A DNA stretch of 35,384 nt, from the NCBI GenBank assembly GCA_002633005.1, contig NMRA01001026.1, positions 1-35,384 on the forward strand, read 5' to 3'. This stretch comes from Phoronis australis. Its lineage: Eukaryota > Animalia > Phoronida. The notes beneath the pieces are model-generated. The model ran no database searches. It was not told where the DNA came from and saw nothing but the letters and a program-made list of their open reading frames with translations. How positions within the stretch are numbered: the first letter of the stretch is position 1; each line of letters begins with the position of its first letter. Made by a program: the position numbers and the translations under genes. This document shows positions 24,419-35,384 of the stretch, in pieces.

Positions 24419-24662
24419 GACCCTTATATTCGAGCTACAAACTCGAGTAAAAACTCGAAATTTCGAGTTCAAACTCGAACTTATTGCTTTAATATTGGGT
24501 TTACAAACTGTGAACTAAGGGCAATAAATTATCTACGTAAGTTATTGTGTACTCGAGCATAGAATAATAGACACTTATCTTGAGTTCGACCAAAAGTAGA
24601 GTAGAAAATGCCAAACCTAATTTCGAGTTCCATTTCGAGTAAAAAGATTGGAGACCGGGCCC
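24419..24662. mobile_element. Probable Harbinger-like MITE remnant rich in ACTCGA/TCGAGT motifs
   Basis: About 8 TCGAG-containing motifs and right end TTGGAGACCGGGCCC. The left end is eroded. Confidence 0.4.
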
Positions 24663-25691
24663 AGGTTCCGTTTTGGCCACAGAACCGTCACGGCAGAAGT
24701 TTTACATTAACAATCATTATTTGAATAACGTAGATGTAAATAAAGATTCCCTAACACCTGGCCGTGGTATAGAAATCGAATTATTTCACAACAGTTTCTG
24801 TCAGCAAACACTGAATTAGCATGAGCTCACACGGCCTCGGTGTCCCGTCAATTAGTTTTATTACACACATAAAGCCGTTAACGCAGGGATTTATTCATTG
24901 CTGGCTTCTCAAATCATTTGCACTCACGAACACTCCAAAGGCATTCCAAATTGCATTTAATGAGACACACTTTGTTTCAGTTTTATATAAGTATTGGTAT
25001 AAGGGTGAGAATAATTCATTTTGAAACAGAACGCTCAGTAATAAAAGTCAACACGGCAACTCGCAATTCCGACTTAGACAAGAGCTCATTCCAACGAAGA
25101 CTTCGCAGGTGGCTCGTTAAGTTTCACAGGCTATCAGTTCGAACAGGAATACAGTGATGAAGAAATACTAGAGAGGCGCCGTGAACAAGCTTAGACAACG
25201 GAACGTATGGATAGTTATTTGGTAAGCCGGCATTCGTCAGGCAGTCTCCCGCAACGACTGCAGACCAAAGACACGGAGATGTTTCACGGCCTCATACTAA
25301 TACAGCGTACTTTTAATTCTTCACTACTGCGAGCCACTTCGTAAGCATTTCGGACTCTCGAGGAAGTCGAAAAGCCGATATACCCGCTTTCCCCGCAGCT
25401 GCATCGTTCGGACAAGCAGGAACGATGCACCGCAACATAGCGGCATTAATTCTGCAAATGAACCACTGACGTCGCTGCGTCGTTTCTCACAGGTTAACGC
25501 GACACCTCTCGGCAAGGTAAGGTCGACCGCCTGCAAGGCCATGTGGATATAGACCGATTAAGACGGCAAAAAAAGACTAATTAAATCGTGTGGCATTCTC
25601 CTTTAACATTCATGGTGCGCCTGTAATTGGAAGAACACGTTGCATATGGGCGCGTGTACTTGTTTGCGAGATCTTCAGTGAACTTGCAATA

Positions 25692-25744
25692 CTCATTACG
25701 GAACTCATTACGTAACCGCAATGCTCATTACGTAACCGCAATGC
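25692..25744. repeat. Tandem 20-bp duplication CTCATTACGTAACCGCAATG x2 plus a partial copy
   Basis: Seen directly at 25704-25743, with partial CTCATTACGGAA at 25692. Confidence 0.9.
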
Positions 25745-27814
25745 TTTGCGTCTGTAACATGAGCCGTGCAGCGCAAGAGTTTGGTGAGTTTTAATCATAA
25801 ACATAGTTTTAAAGTTATCTAGGACCTTAATAAACGACCTCAACTCTAAGTCAAATATCGAAAAAACTATACTTTGTCAACAATTCAAAGTATAGGTCAG
25901 ACGATTCTAAAAATATGCTTCTTACCACTGTGTCTTTATTGTCATGTGACCACGTTTTTATCATGTCCAAGAAAGGTACATTCATAGCAGTATAAATCCT
26001 AGCCTATTTTACTAAAACTGTGCATGATGCATCACGAGTTTGGCACAAAATATGAGGTCCCCTAAGGTCTTACTGAAAATACTGTGTAGTTAGCCAAAAC
26101 CATAGAATTTATCTCTGTAAATGTATACGTTTCTTGAAAGTAGAATGTCTATAGGGCTTGAGTTTTACTTGATTTACTTTTTACCTAATAATCTGCAACT
26201 GATAGGGTCACACGAACATGTGTTTTTAGCAAAAGGAAAAGTACATTGATGGCATAACAACGGTATCAATCACATGATCAAATTGATACAAATGATCAAA
26301 ATGAAATCTCAAAATGCTTTTTAGTTTTCTAAAATATGATTTCGAATGCGCTTTATGAAACTTATATTTTTATGAAAATCATAAAAGTACTCATTTTGAC
26401 AACCCCTTATGTAAAAGTGGAACACTTAAAGACATAGTTTCACACCAAAACAAATAATAGCAATGTGTGAATCTGTTGCACATAGCAGTTGTTGTCCGCA
26501 CAGCTTGGTTGATGGGAATAGCCCAGTAGTAATGATCTTATCCGAATTCAGCCGAGTCAGTTCTGAGAACAGGCATATGTGGTTACATAACCGTCTGTGA
26601 TGTCAGACCAGGAAGACAGCTGTGTATTGCAATGGCTACAAGCAGTCAACCCTCCAAAATTTTGCTTGTTTCATTTGATAATTCCTTACAACTCCATTTG
26701 TTGGCATAATTAAATTGTTTTTCACAAAGGAGATGTAAAGACCAGTGTATCACAGATAATCAAGCATATACATATATTGCATTTTCAGCAGTGAGTAAAA
26801 AGGGTGTCACCTTTTAATTTAACCAGGTACATAATTGAAATTTGAGTGGAGGTGGCAATCTCAATGACAGAATTACAAGAACATTTAAAATGGAAGTCTT
26901 CTGAACTTGTTTTTTAAATTAATGTGTTAATCTATTGAAATAATAACAAACCCAAGGCATCAAGAAATATTACCTGAAGATACCAGTGAACGTTTTATGA
27001 TTTAATCCACAGTTCAAATTAAAATCAAGGGCTTTCAGTCGGATCAATATATTTTGTTTCTACAGTGAAAGACTTTTTGAAGGTAGTTGAAGGTTACCGC
27101 TAGTGTACATAAGTCACAACTGAAATAATCTCAGTACAGTAAAGTTTATATGCGAGTCAAAATGATCTAATCTTTTACCAAAATAAGTAACTTTGAATGC
27201 ACAGTACTTTAGAACATTTAAGCATTACAAACGTTATCCAACAACAAAAAATTGCATGATATGAAAGTGGATATGCCTAACTATTACCATGGCGACCAGG
27301 TATTTCCTTACATTAGAATTCGACAAGCATGATTTGAAAAAATAAAAGGTTGCATGGAAAAAGGATTGGAGGCATTACGTTTTGGGCCTTGATAACTTGA
27401 ATTAAGGAAACAAAAATTTACAACGCATGTATTGAAAGAACGATTCATACGTAAAATTTAGAAAAATATGAATTATGTTGTGACACATAATCAAACCTTG
27501 AAGCGCAACTGACTTTCAAAGAAAGAACGATTTCAAAACTCTTTCAACTATTTTTAAGCTGAGTGTATGGTCAACTGAATGGGATATTCACACTGCAATT
27601 ATTAGAATATTCCTCATATGTTTTGCACAAAAACATAAACATTGTGCAAAGTTGCTTTTTGTAACAGCTTTGATCAAAATGTATCAAAGTCAAAACTTCA
27701 CCAAGTACAAAATAACCGATTGAACATGCCCTTCAGTTCAGCAGAAGACGCCATGTTGTCGGTGTCAGTCTACGTAGGAAGGTTTAAATATAATAAAATT
27801 CCCTTTAAGTAAAT

Positions 27815-27880
27815 GGAGGACTCCGGGGTTCAGTGGTTAAGGTGATGGACTCGAATAAACTGTAGGGTTCAAATCCCGAC
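27815..27880 (+). other. tRNA-derived Pol III head (SINE-like)
   Basis: A-box-like GGGTTCAGTGG (27826-27836) and consensus B box GGTTCAAATCC (27866-27876) within a T-arm-like hairpin. Confidence 0.65.
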
Positions 27881-27929
27881 ACAACATGAGTGTACCATAT
27901 CCGTGCTCGCTCTTCTAAGAACGCGGGAA

Positions 27930-27971
27930 CACCTGACGATGGTTGGAGAATAGACCGACCGAAACGTCGTG
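27930..27971 (+). ncRNA. Minimal type I hammerhead ribozyme (Penelope-like-element type)
   Basis: Stem I CAC/GTG; core CTGACGA (27933-27939); stem II GGTTGG/CCGACC with an 8-nt loop; GAAA (27961-27964); palindromic ACGT in place of stem III; cleavage triplet GTC (cut after 27968). Confidence 0.8.
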
Positions 27972-28039
27972 ACAGTGTAAATAGTCCAAGAGATTTTAAT
28001 ATCAGTCGATTTATTGCGATTTTATTATCAAAATCGAGG

Positions 28040-28507
28040 TCCAGTGTTTAATATTATGGTGTCATTGGCCTACATGTAGCAAACTGGGAGGATTTCTTAT
28101 CAAATCCGATCCATTATCCTTAGCATTATTTGATATCATGATGCCGATTTAGTAGTTCCAATACATTTAATATGTCGTCTGCCAAAAGAGGTGTCCTTAT
28201 TTCAGTTCAACTTGACCTTTGATCTCTCAGTTGACCATGAGTTTGACCCTACATCCACAAAATAATACCAGAAATTCACTCTACGTCCCACAAAACATTA
28301 GAAACGATGTATTGCAGGATCCTATGAGCCACCATGTTCAGAAGATTAAAATTGAGCAAAATTCAAAATAGCGGATTCCGCCATCTTGAGTTATACAATG
28401 TTAATTTTGTTCTCCTAACCAAACATGGTAAATTTCCCAAAGAAAGTTTACAGTAAACAACATTGCAGAGTCAACGTTTTGGCAATTGGGCTATAGGTCG
28501 CGAGCTA
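28040..28507. mobile_element. Possible non-autonomous DNA transposon fragment (Academ-like TAG terminus)
   Basis: Ends GGTCGCGAGCTA(TT), with internal TGACCTTTGA and CCGCCATCTTG motifs. The partner end is not found. Confidence 0.3.
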
Positions 28508-31239
28508 TTCAGTGGGTTACAAATAAATTGCAACTCCGAAAACAAACAACAAAAAATCGGGACAAGACAACCGTATTTGTAAAAATTTCACTTTTCAAAA
28601 AACAACGCAAAAACGTACTGTTTGGTCTACATTGAAAATTGTTTCTTTTACAATGATATCAGGTGTGTGTTCAACAAGAGATCTGAGTCCGCCAGTCTCA
28701 TTGTTCTACCTGAATGCCAACATTTGGACCGGTGGGAGATGTTTGCTCAATAGTAAAGGTGTGCCTGAAAATTATGCAATAGTTCCGAATTCGGGGACGA
28801 AAAGGTCAAGACCAGAATACAATAATATAGTTGATACCTAGCAACGATTTGGGTTAGAAATTTGTGTAAAACGGCAGAAATTGGGCGTTGTTCTTGGTCC
28901 ACCTTGCTGCCCGATTTTCAGTTTGTTGAACTTTGCCGTCATTTCTGCAGATCAAGCGTTTAAAATTTCAGAAACGTCTATTTTAGCTTACGTCTATTTC
29001 AGTTTGAGACAGAGTTCATAACGTTAACTGATCAAAATTAAAAGTTGGTTTTTGTGACCGAAAACTATTTTATAGTCGCTTTAATTGTAAGTTTTAACAA
29101 AACTGCAGACTTGAGATAGGGCCGCACACAAGGAATAGCTCAGCTGAGTTTCAATGCGTATTTCCTAAGTGCAGTTACACTGTTAGCCCAGTTACATGTA
29201 CACACTGAGCCCACTCCCAGAAGATCAATACGGCATTATTTCTTTTCAGCTATTGACCATGCATGCCATTCAAACATCCCTGACATTCCAGTTGGCATAT
29301 AATGCGGCGTTACAGTCCATGAGGTTGACACGTACATATACGGGGTAGAGGTCAGCAACGCTATGACCTCGTTAAAATCTAGCCAAAATCACGTTTTCTC
29401 ATTTAAAATACACGTCAATAGCTTTACTGAACTCTACAAAGATCTTCAATATCATCTGCAGGTTACGCATTACAGGTTTTATTCATAAAACGTCATTTAA
29501 ACCGACAATCAAGCAAGAATTGTTTCCTCGGGAGAAAAATATGTTAACAAACCAAACCGCTGTTGGAGAATTAAATATAAATTTGAAGAATGCAATAATA
29601 GTGTTTGCCTTAGTAAGAAAACTGTAGGTAATATTTTGCTTATTTTATCAGATAGCCAATTATCGACGTTTTGAGGGCGTCAGACGTTCCATACCGTCAG
29701 TAAGTTGTGAAGATATACTGTTTTTAATCTTGAGTAGGCGAGGAAATTCTGGCGACTCAGTTGACGTTTTGAGCAGGCCGCCATTGAATGCGTACCAGAT
29801 ACCGAGTGGCAAATCGCAAAAATAAATAAATGTCATTTTCGTTAGTCAACAATATGATGATTCCTAAGTTTACAGGGAATAAACTTTACCATTCTTCAAA
29901 ACTTTACTTACAAATTATGGACCCCTTACCTGAAATTTTGAAAGGACGCCTAGTCAGAGCAATGAGCTATACCCTCTATAACTCAGTGAGCGGCAACACG
30001 CGACAATACAATCAATAACCAGGTGAACAATGGCTCATGCAGCCTCGTCTCTGTAATACTGGCATGAAGCCAGGGGGTGTAGGATGAACGGCATTTTCCA
30101 CGTCCTTGAACCACCGTGAACTTAATTTGAAGTTTTAAGTTGTCGTGAACCACTGTGTTGGTCAGCCGATCCTCGTTGAGAGACGGTCCCGTCAATTGGT
30201 GAATGCTAGTCGGTAACCATGGTTCGGATGAGAAGTTAAACAAGGCTATGGCAAAGCTTTGTAAATAAGCTCGCTTGTCAAACAAGGATCAACAATGATT
30301 CCATTGTGATTTTGCAAGGTCATATTCCGGGGGTGCTGTAGCTCCTGAAGAGTCGATATCAGCGGCGATCGGTGGTCTGATATTCTTAAAATTTGTGAAG
30401 GGATAAAAGATGGGAAATGGAGGCGACGAGCGGCGGACGGTCGTTCGTTGCATGACACCGGTCGCATAAACTAGTGCGATCGGCCGCGTCAATTAAGCGT
30501 TCCTTTTAAATTTTGAGAAATTTCAAATAAGCGTCAGGGCACACACTTGCATTTTTTATTACTTCATGATGGCACACAAACATCCAGTAAGGTTTGCCAA
30601 CCCTTTAATTTCGAAACCGAGAGGCAACAAATTAACCCTGTGAAGCACACTGTCCCTTGGGCAACACGTATCCCCTCGGTTGGCCGCCGGGTTAGGGCTA
30701 CCGTTCCCATCGCTTTCTGTACGCATTTCGTTCGTTTGAACGGGCGGTAGGCCAAATCCGGCCACTGATTTTGAGTTTTCACCTCGTCAAAATGCATTTC
30801 ACTCTTAAAACTTTCACTTAAATAGCGCTTAGTACTTTCTTCATTGGTCCTTTCTACTTCATACATATCTCACCCCGGCCAACCGGCGATCGAGAACGCC
30901 CTGAAGGCGATCGAGAACGAGACCTTGCACCAAAAATGGCAGACGACAGTAACGTACTCGGTGAGTTTAAGAGTCATTTTCTGCTTAAATAGAGGCTACT
31001 TTGGTACGAATGCTACACACAGAAAAGCGTCAGAGTGTATTGATCTGAAATAATACTTGGCTTTTGTTTATTGTTTAAATAAAGAGCTAAGAAAGCAATG
31101 GCCATCAGTAAAATGCATTGCGCCTCGTAAAATCGATAATTCCTACTTATTATTAGCAATTCCAGGGTTCTAAAGAAGAGACGTGTGACGTTTTTAGTTT
31201 AATCGTCCCTAGTTACACCTTTGTTAGTTATGATTTGTG

Positions 31240-31820
31240 ACGGCCACTTGATTCGGTCCTTTTTCCCAATATTTGGTGGACCTGCTGAACTGGCTGGGAC
31301 TTCATTCTGAAATACTTCAGCTTCAACTACTAATGCTTCTGTCTGTTGCGTAGCTGGGAGGTCTTCGGCGCTGTGGTTAGTGACCTGCCTCAATCCCTCC
31401 CCCCGTCTCACTGGATGTAGCGCCCAAGAGTTGCCTTGCAACCTGACGTAAGCACTTCGTCTTGCCGTGGTGGATTTTCAATCCACTTTCATTCTTCAGA
31501 ATCTTTCCGCAAATGCAAGTTCTTGATGATAGATCGGTGTTCGTAGTCGTAGTCCTATTCGTTCCGGTTGAAGTCGTTTGTGGCCTGTCGTTGGACTCTT
31601 CTTCCATCCTCCCTCTCAGAGTGTCCTGGGGTTGTCGTTCTGTAAATTTGGACGTAGCAATATGAGTGGGTGTGTCCTCGCGAACACTTCAGACGGACTG
31701 CTAATCCGAGCTGAACCCGTTGCTGTCTTTCCAAGCTGTCATCAGTCTCTGCCGATGTCCCTTGTCTTTCCAAGTGTCACCCATCCTATTCATGGAAGTC
31801 ACGGTTTCGCCCATAACTAG
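31240..31820 (-). mobile_element. 5' UTR and N-terminus of a HERO/NeSL-like (R2 superfamily) non-LTR retrotransposon, nested in the TIR element
   Basis: CICGKILKNESGLKIHHGKTKC zinc finger followed by NHSAEDL...DRIKWP, which is characteristic of HERO-type ORF starts. Frameshifted, with no RT downstream. Confidence 0.75.
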
Positions 31821-31970
31821 AACTTACTTTAAACACTTGATGAAACTGTGCTCAACTGCCATCTTCAGTTGGTCTCCTACTGTCCTTAATGGTTTCGTCC
31901 CAAATATTTACCAATACAATCAGGTCTTTGTGTGAGACTGCGATCGGGAACGAAGTCGTTAATTCTTTAT

Positions 31971-32037
31971 GGCGATCGTGAACGTAAGGCGATCGTGAAA
32001 GCATGGCGATCGTGAACGCATGGCGATCGTGAACGCA
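31971..32037 (+). repeat. 4 x 17-bp tandem repeat GGCGATCGTGAACGCAT
   Basis: Motif starts at 31972, 31989, 32006 and 32023. Same core as the motif in the TIRs. Confidence 0.95.
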
Positions 32038-32314
32038 AAAAAGCGAATGTGAAAGCACATTTTTTTCTTTGCATTTGCCTGAATAGTCGCTCAGGTTACG
32101 GTATTATGTCAATAATTTTAGAATAATATGGAGCCTGAATTAGTAGAGGCGGGGTTGATTATTAATTAATGTTTTTTTTTCGTGATTTCTAAGTGAGATT
32201 TAGCCTAACAAACGGAATGCGTTTGATTTTTTTTTCAATTGAAATGTAGCCACACGACGAGTCCTTCAGGATGTTAACGTCCACGCCTTCAAAAAAGAGT
32301 AGTACAACTGCTGC

Positions 32315-32681
32315 ATGTCACAAACGAGTGCGTGTGTATGTTGTGGAGCTGATTGTTCAGGAACTAAGAAATCGACTTAGTATGACCGCATGACAATAAA
32401 ACACAGTGACACTACAACAAGCAAGACCTTTACCATCCCTATGATTGACGCATTGCATGCATCATGATTTTTTTACCAACGTTAGAAAACACATGAAGCA
32501 TCGTGCTTAGGCACCAAGTCGATTCAGTGTCCTATCTGTGATCAATGTTTCACGGAAAGAGCGAGCCTGAGGCGAAACTGCGTCACAGCACGAGAACACC
32601 CCTTTTTGTGGTGAATGTGGGATGTCATGCAAACAGTATGCCTCTTTCTACAGACATTGCAAGCAGAAACGTCATGAATGA
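32315..32681 (+). pseudogene. Decayed multi-C2H2 zinc-finger gene (about 4 fingers)
   Basis: CVCCGADC..T*YDRMTIKH; ..TNVRKHMKH; IQCPICDQCFTERASLRR; FCGECGMSCKQYASFYRHCKQKRHE* across stops and frameshifts. Confidence 0.75.
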
Positions 32682-33202
32682 AACCATTATAAGTCCAGTG
32701 GTGAAGGTTGTTAAGTTACTATAGTTTATTCAGATTTACAGAATTTAAGGTTGGTAGTTGTCTGGTGTGATTTTATTTTAACAATTTGTTTTGAACCTTT
32801 TTTCCTCAAGTTTCATTCTATATTTGTGTTATTTTAAAAGGATCTTTAACAGTGCCAGTGCATTTTTGTAGTGTTGAGGTAGATTTAAATTGCCCCGGAA
32901 ATACTTACACACTATTGTTCTGACCAATTAGTGAGAAAATATGTCTATAACCATTGTAGGAATTGCTTTCATATTGTTGTTGATTTCATGTGAGAGACTA
33001 TTATACTATCAATCAGTCCTAAATACATAGTCTATGATCTTCAGTGATGATTTAGTCTAATACATTTCGAAAGTAATTCGTAGGAAATGTTCAATGGATT
33101 TGTAATGCTTATTTGCTTAAAGCAATATTTTATATATTTTTGCATGTCTTATGACCAGTTTTTAGGTAGGTGTGATAAAAGATTAACATTATAATAGAAA
33201 TG

Positions 33203-33625
33203 CTATAATATTGTTATTGATTTCCTGTGTAAATCACTACAGCGTGTAGTTGAAGTGACGTTAAAGACAACACGTTGACTACGTTTTGAGAAAATCATAA
33301 TATGTGTGTTATAACTCTCAATCTTTTTCAATGTCCCATTAGGCTGGAGATCATGAACTGATGATGCAGGTGAACGTAGGATCAAGACTACAAAACAGAA
33401 AAGTTAAATAACACAAGGTACATTCAAGCCACACGGGTGCCACAGGCCAATCTGTTCATCTCTGTGCCGATGTTATCAGTAAAACATCAAGTAAAATCTC
33501 ACCAGTTTTATCAGCACAACAGTTTAAACAACTTCTGGCCAATTTTTAGACGTTTGTAAGTGGGAATCTTTGAATCATCTCATGAATGGTTGAAGCTCAT
33601 CTCACAATGACTGTAAACTTGTTTC
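33203..33625 (-). pseudogene. Decayed OB-fold (RPA70/SSB-like) gene with splice acceptors
   Basis: Acceptor TTTTCATTTCAG at 33626. Joined frames read FTVIVR...KIGQKLFKLL/ADKTGEILLDV/FTDNIGTEMNRLACGTRVA, like RPA70 [20 protein letters not shown]. Second acceptor TTTTGTAG at 33388 leads into ORF 33203-33385. Confidence 0.6.
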
Positions 33626-35384
33626 CTGAAATGAAAATAAATTCGTTTATGAAACTAAAGTTATGCTTGGTGTACAGGTAGTGCTCATGGCAAATTAATG
33701 TAAATCATGCTATGTTGTCGTGTAGTAACAGAGTGATGACATAAAATGTGATTAATTCATTGCAGCACACTTATTTTGTAACATTTTCCATGTTTTTATA
33801 AGTAAAAAGTTCATAACTGTTCCACACACCACGATGCGTTCCCGATCTCATAAACAAGGCACAAATTTGCGTTCCCGATCGCTTATCTCTGCGTTCTCGA
33901 TCGCATCTTTAAACAGAAAAGCGTCGAAAAATCAGAGATCCTGACAAAACCACAAAAAACAAGCATTGCGTTATATATTCACACGTCATTTCTTCATAAC
34001 TTCATGGTAAAATTATTAATTCGAAGCCAAAAATAACGGTAATTTGCCAAAATGACATACAAATCACTTTCGGCTCATGCGATGCCTCGGTCAACGTAAA
34101 TATTCTCCAATTATTGGAAGAGGCACTGGCCTAAACCTCTACCTGCCCTTCCTCAATGTGTTACGCCTTGAACTCATGTCTGTTTTCACACTGGAAGTAA
34201 AAACAACGCAAATTCATCAAATTTACTCAATTTGCCTGGCTTCCCTTCAAGCGCCAAATTTTGTTCTCGGTCGCCTTCTGGGCGTTCTCGATCGCGGGTT
34301 GGCCGGGGTGTATCTTCGATGAAGATTAGTTACGAGAATTAAGGTGACTTTGGCGAAGAATTCAAACTCCACTTGTTGTCACCGTTAACTTTTTCACTGC
34401 GCGCGCGATAACCACAAAGTATTTCAATGGGGCTATTCGGAGAATTCTCCTCGCGGTGTCGCTGCTGTACTAGTGGTGATTGAATTGCGCATACGTGGCT
34501 GTCTGCATGTAAACAACTGGTAAAAGGTGGAATTTGTATCAAAATACGTCGTCGCGCTAAGCCTTATTACTGCTAATTTCCTTGGTGCAAGTCTTCGACA
34601 GGTGGCCACAAATTCCCAAAAGACCTAAGGTTACTATATTCGTGGACAACTGCGGTCAACAGGGTCAACTAACTGACAAAAAGTGTGTGGAATGTAAAGC
34701 CCCGTGTGTGCTCTATGTCTATGACTATGCAGTTCCATTCGGAGACTACACAGCATTACTTGGTAAGTTTTTAGCAATCAGTTTCTATCGACATCGTTCG
34801 ATGATGTTATCCCCACCAGTTACCCCACTGAATAACAGTTTTATTGAGTGGAACTAAGTGTTTCTTTTTGGAAACTCACCCGATGCCGGATAGGCTAGCA
34901 GCACATATTCATATAGGCAATGACCATCGCCTCTGTTGGCCCGAAGCAGAGGCGATGCAGAGGCTATAGGCGCTCTGTACGCCGGAAGCTTTTCGGCGAA
35001 TTATGCCTCGCACCGACTAAACCGTCAAAGTCACGTTGTTATAAATACCTTTTGCGCATAGAAGAACACCTTAGGAGGTTGTCGTTGTGTTTAAGTCCTT
35101 CCAACTCCAACAAATACTCCCGTTATGAAACTTTTTCTTCGAGCAGTCCCTATTTCAGTTCCCAAAATCATGAAATCAAATTTTTGTACTGCGCACGCTC
35201 CAATTTTTACCGCGCTCGCTAGGTGATGTGACTTCATCTCCTCAATTTTTAAATAGGCCAAAGGTGAGCCATTGCGGTCTTGTCAGTCAAATGTTCGTTT
35301 CCAAAATGCCACCACTTATACTTGTCTTTAATTGGCGTTACTTGAAACTGATTGTATTTCAATGAATTATTGTTTGTATTTGAT

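Larger units (their letters stand above)
30871..34310. mobile_element. 3.44-kb TIR DNA transposon with CAC termini and 5-bp TSD (Transib/RAG-like signature), non-autonomous, carrying cargo
   Basis: 48-bp TIRs CACCCCGGCCAACC(G/C)GCGATCGAGAACGCCC(T/A)GAAGGCGA(T/C)CGAGAAC with 3 mismatches. TATCT at both 30866-30870 and 34311-34315. Confidence 0.92.

Noticed and set aside
30871-30940. 12/23 RSS-like heptamer-nonamer arrangement in the TIRs
   Set aside because: The A-rich tracts lie about 48 and 61 nt from the ends and do not match nonamer sequence or spacing.
31700-31755. Minus-strand CTGATGA-CAGCTTG-GAAA hammerhead-like core
   Set aside because: Stem II is only 2 bp and no stem I or stem III pairing can be formed.
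34582-34857. ORF with IFVDNCGQQ resembling a transposase DNCxGQ motif
   Set aside because: Single short motif with no other transposase features around it.

Overview
Repeat-rich, AT-rich eukaryotic (animal-like, probably marine invertebrate) scaffold segment with three N-gaps. Only one convincingly intact host gene is visible: a single-coding-exon type II membrane protein with a DxD motif (glycosyltransferase-like, minus strand, 16939-18285). The rest is a mosaic of mobile-element remains: a frameshifted Ty3/Gypsy element, pogo-like, CR1/L2, RTE-X and HERO-like fragments, several MITEs, and four Helentron/DINE-1-type (HINE) elements. Three things stand out. (1) A 3.44-kb element with 48-bp CAC...GTG inverted termini and an exact 5-bp TSD (Transib/RAG-like signature) that has no visible transposase but carries convergent decayed C2H2 zinc-finger and RPA-like OB-fold genes. 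(2) A minimal hammerhead ribozyme about 55 nt downstream of a tRNA-like Pol III A/B-box head. (3) HINE internal arrays built as ~450-bp three-subunit higher-order repeats in which nearly every ~150-bp subunit carries a CTCF-consensus motif. All family assignments come from motif recognition by eye; no database search was run.
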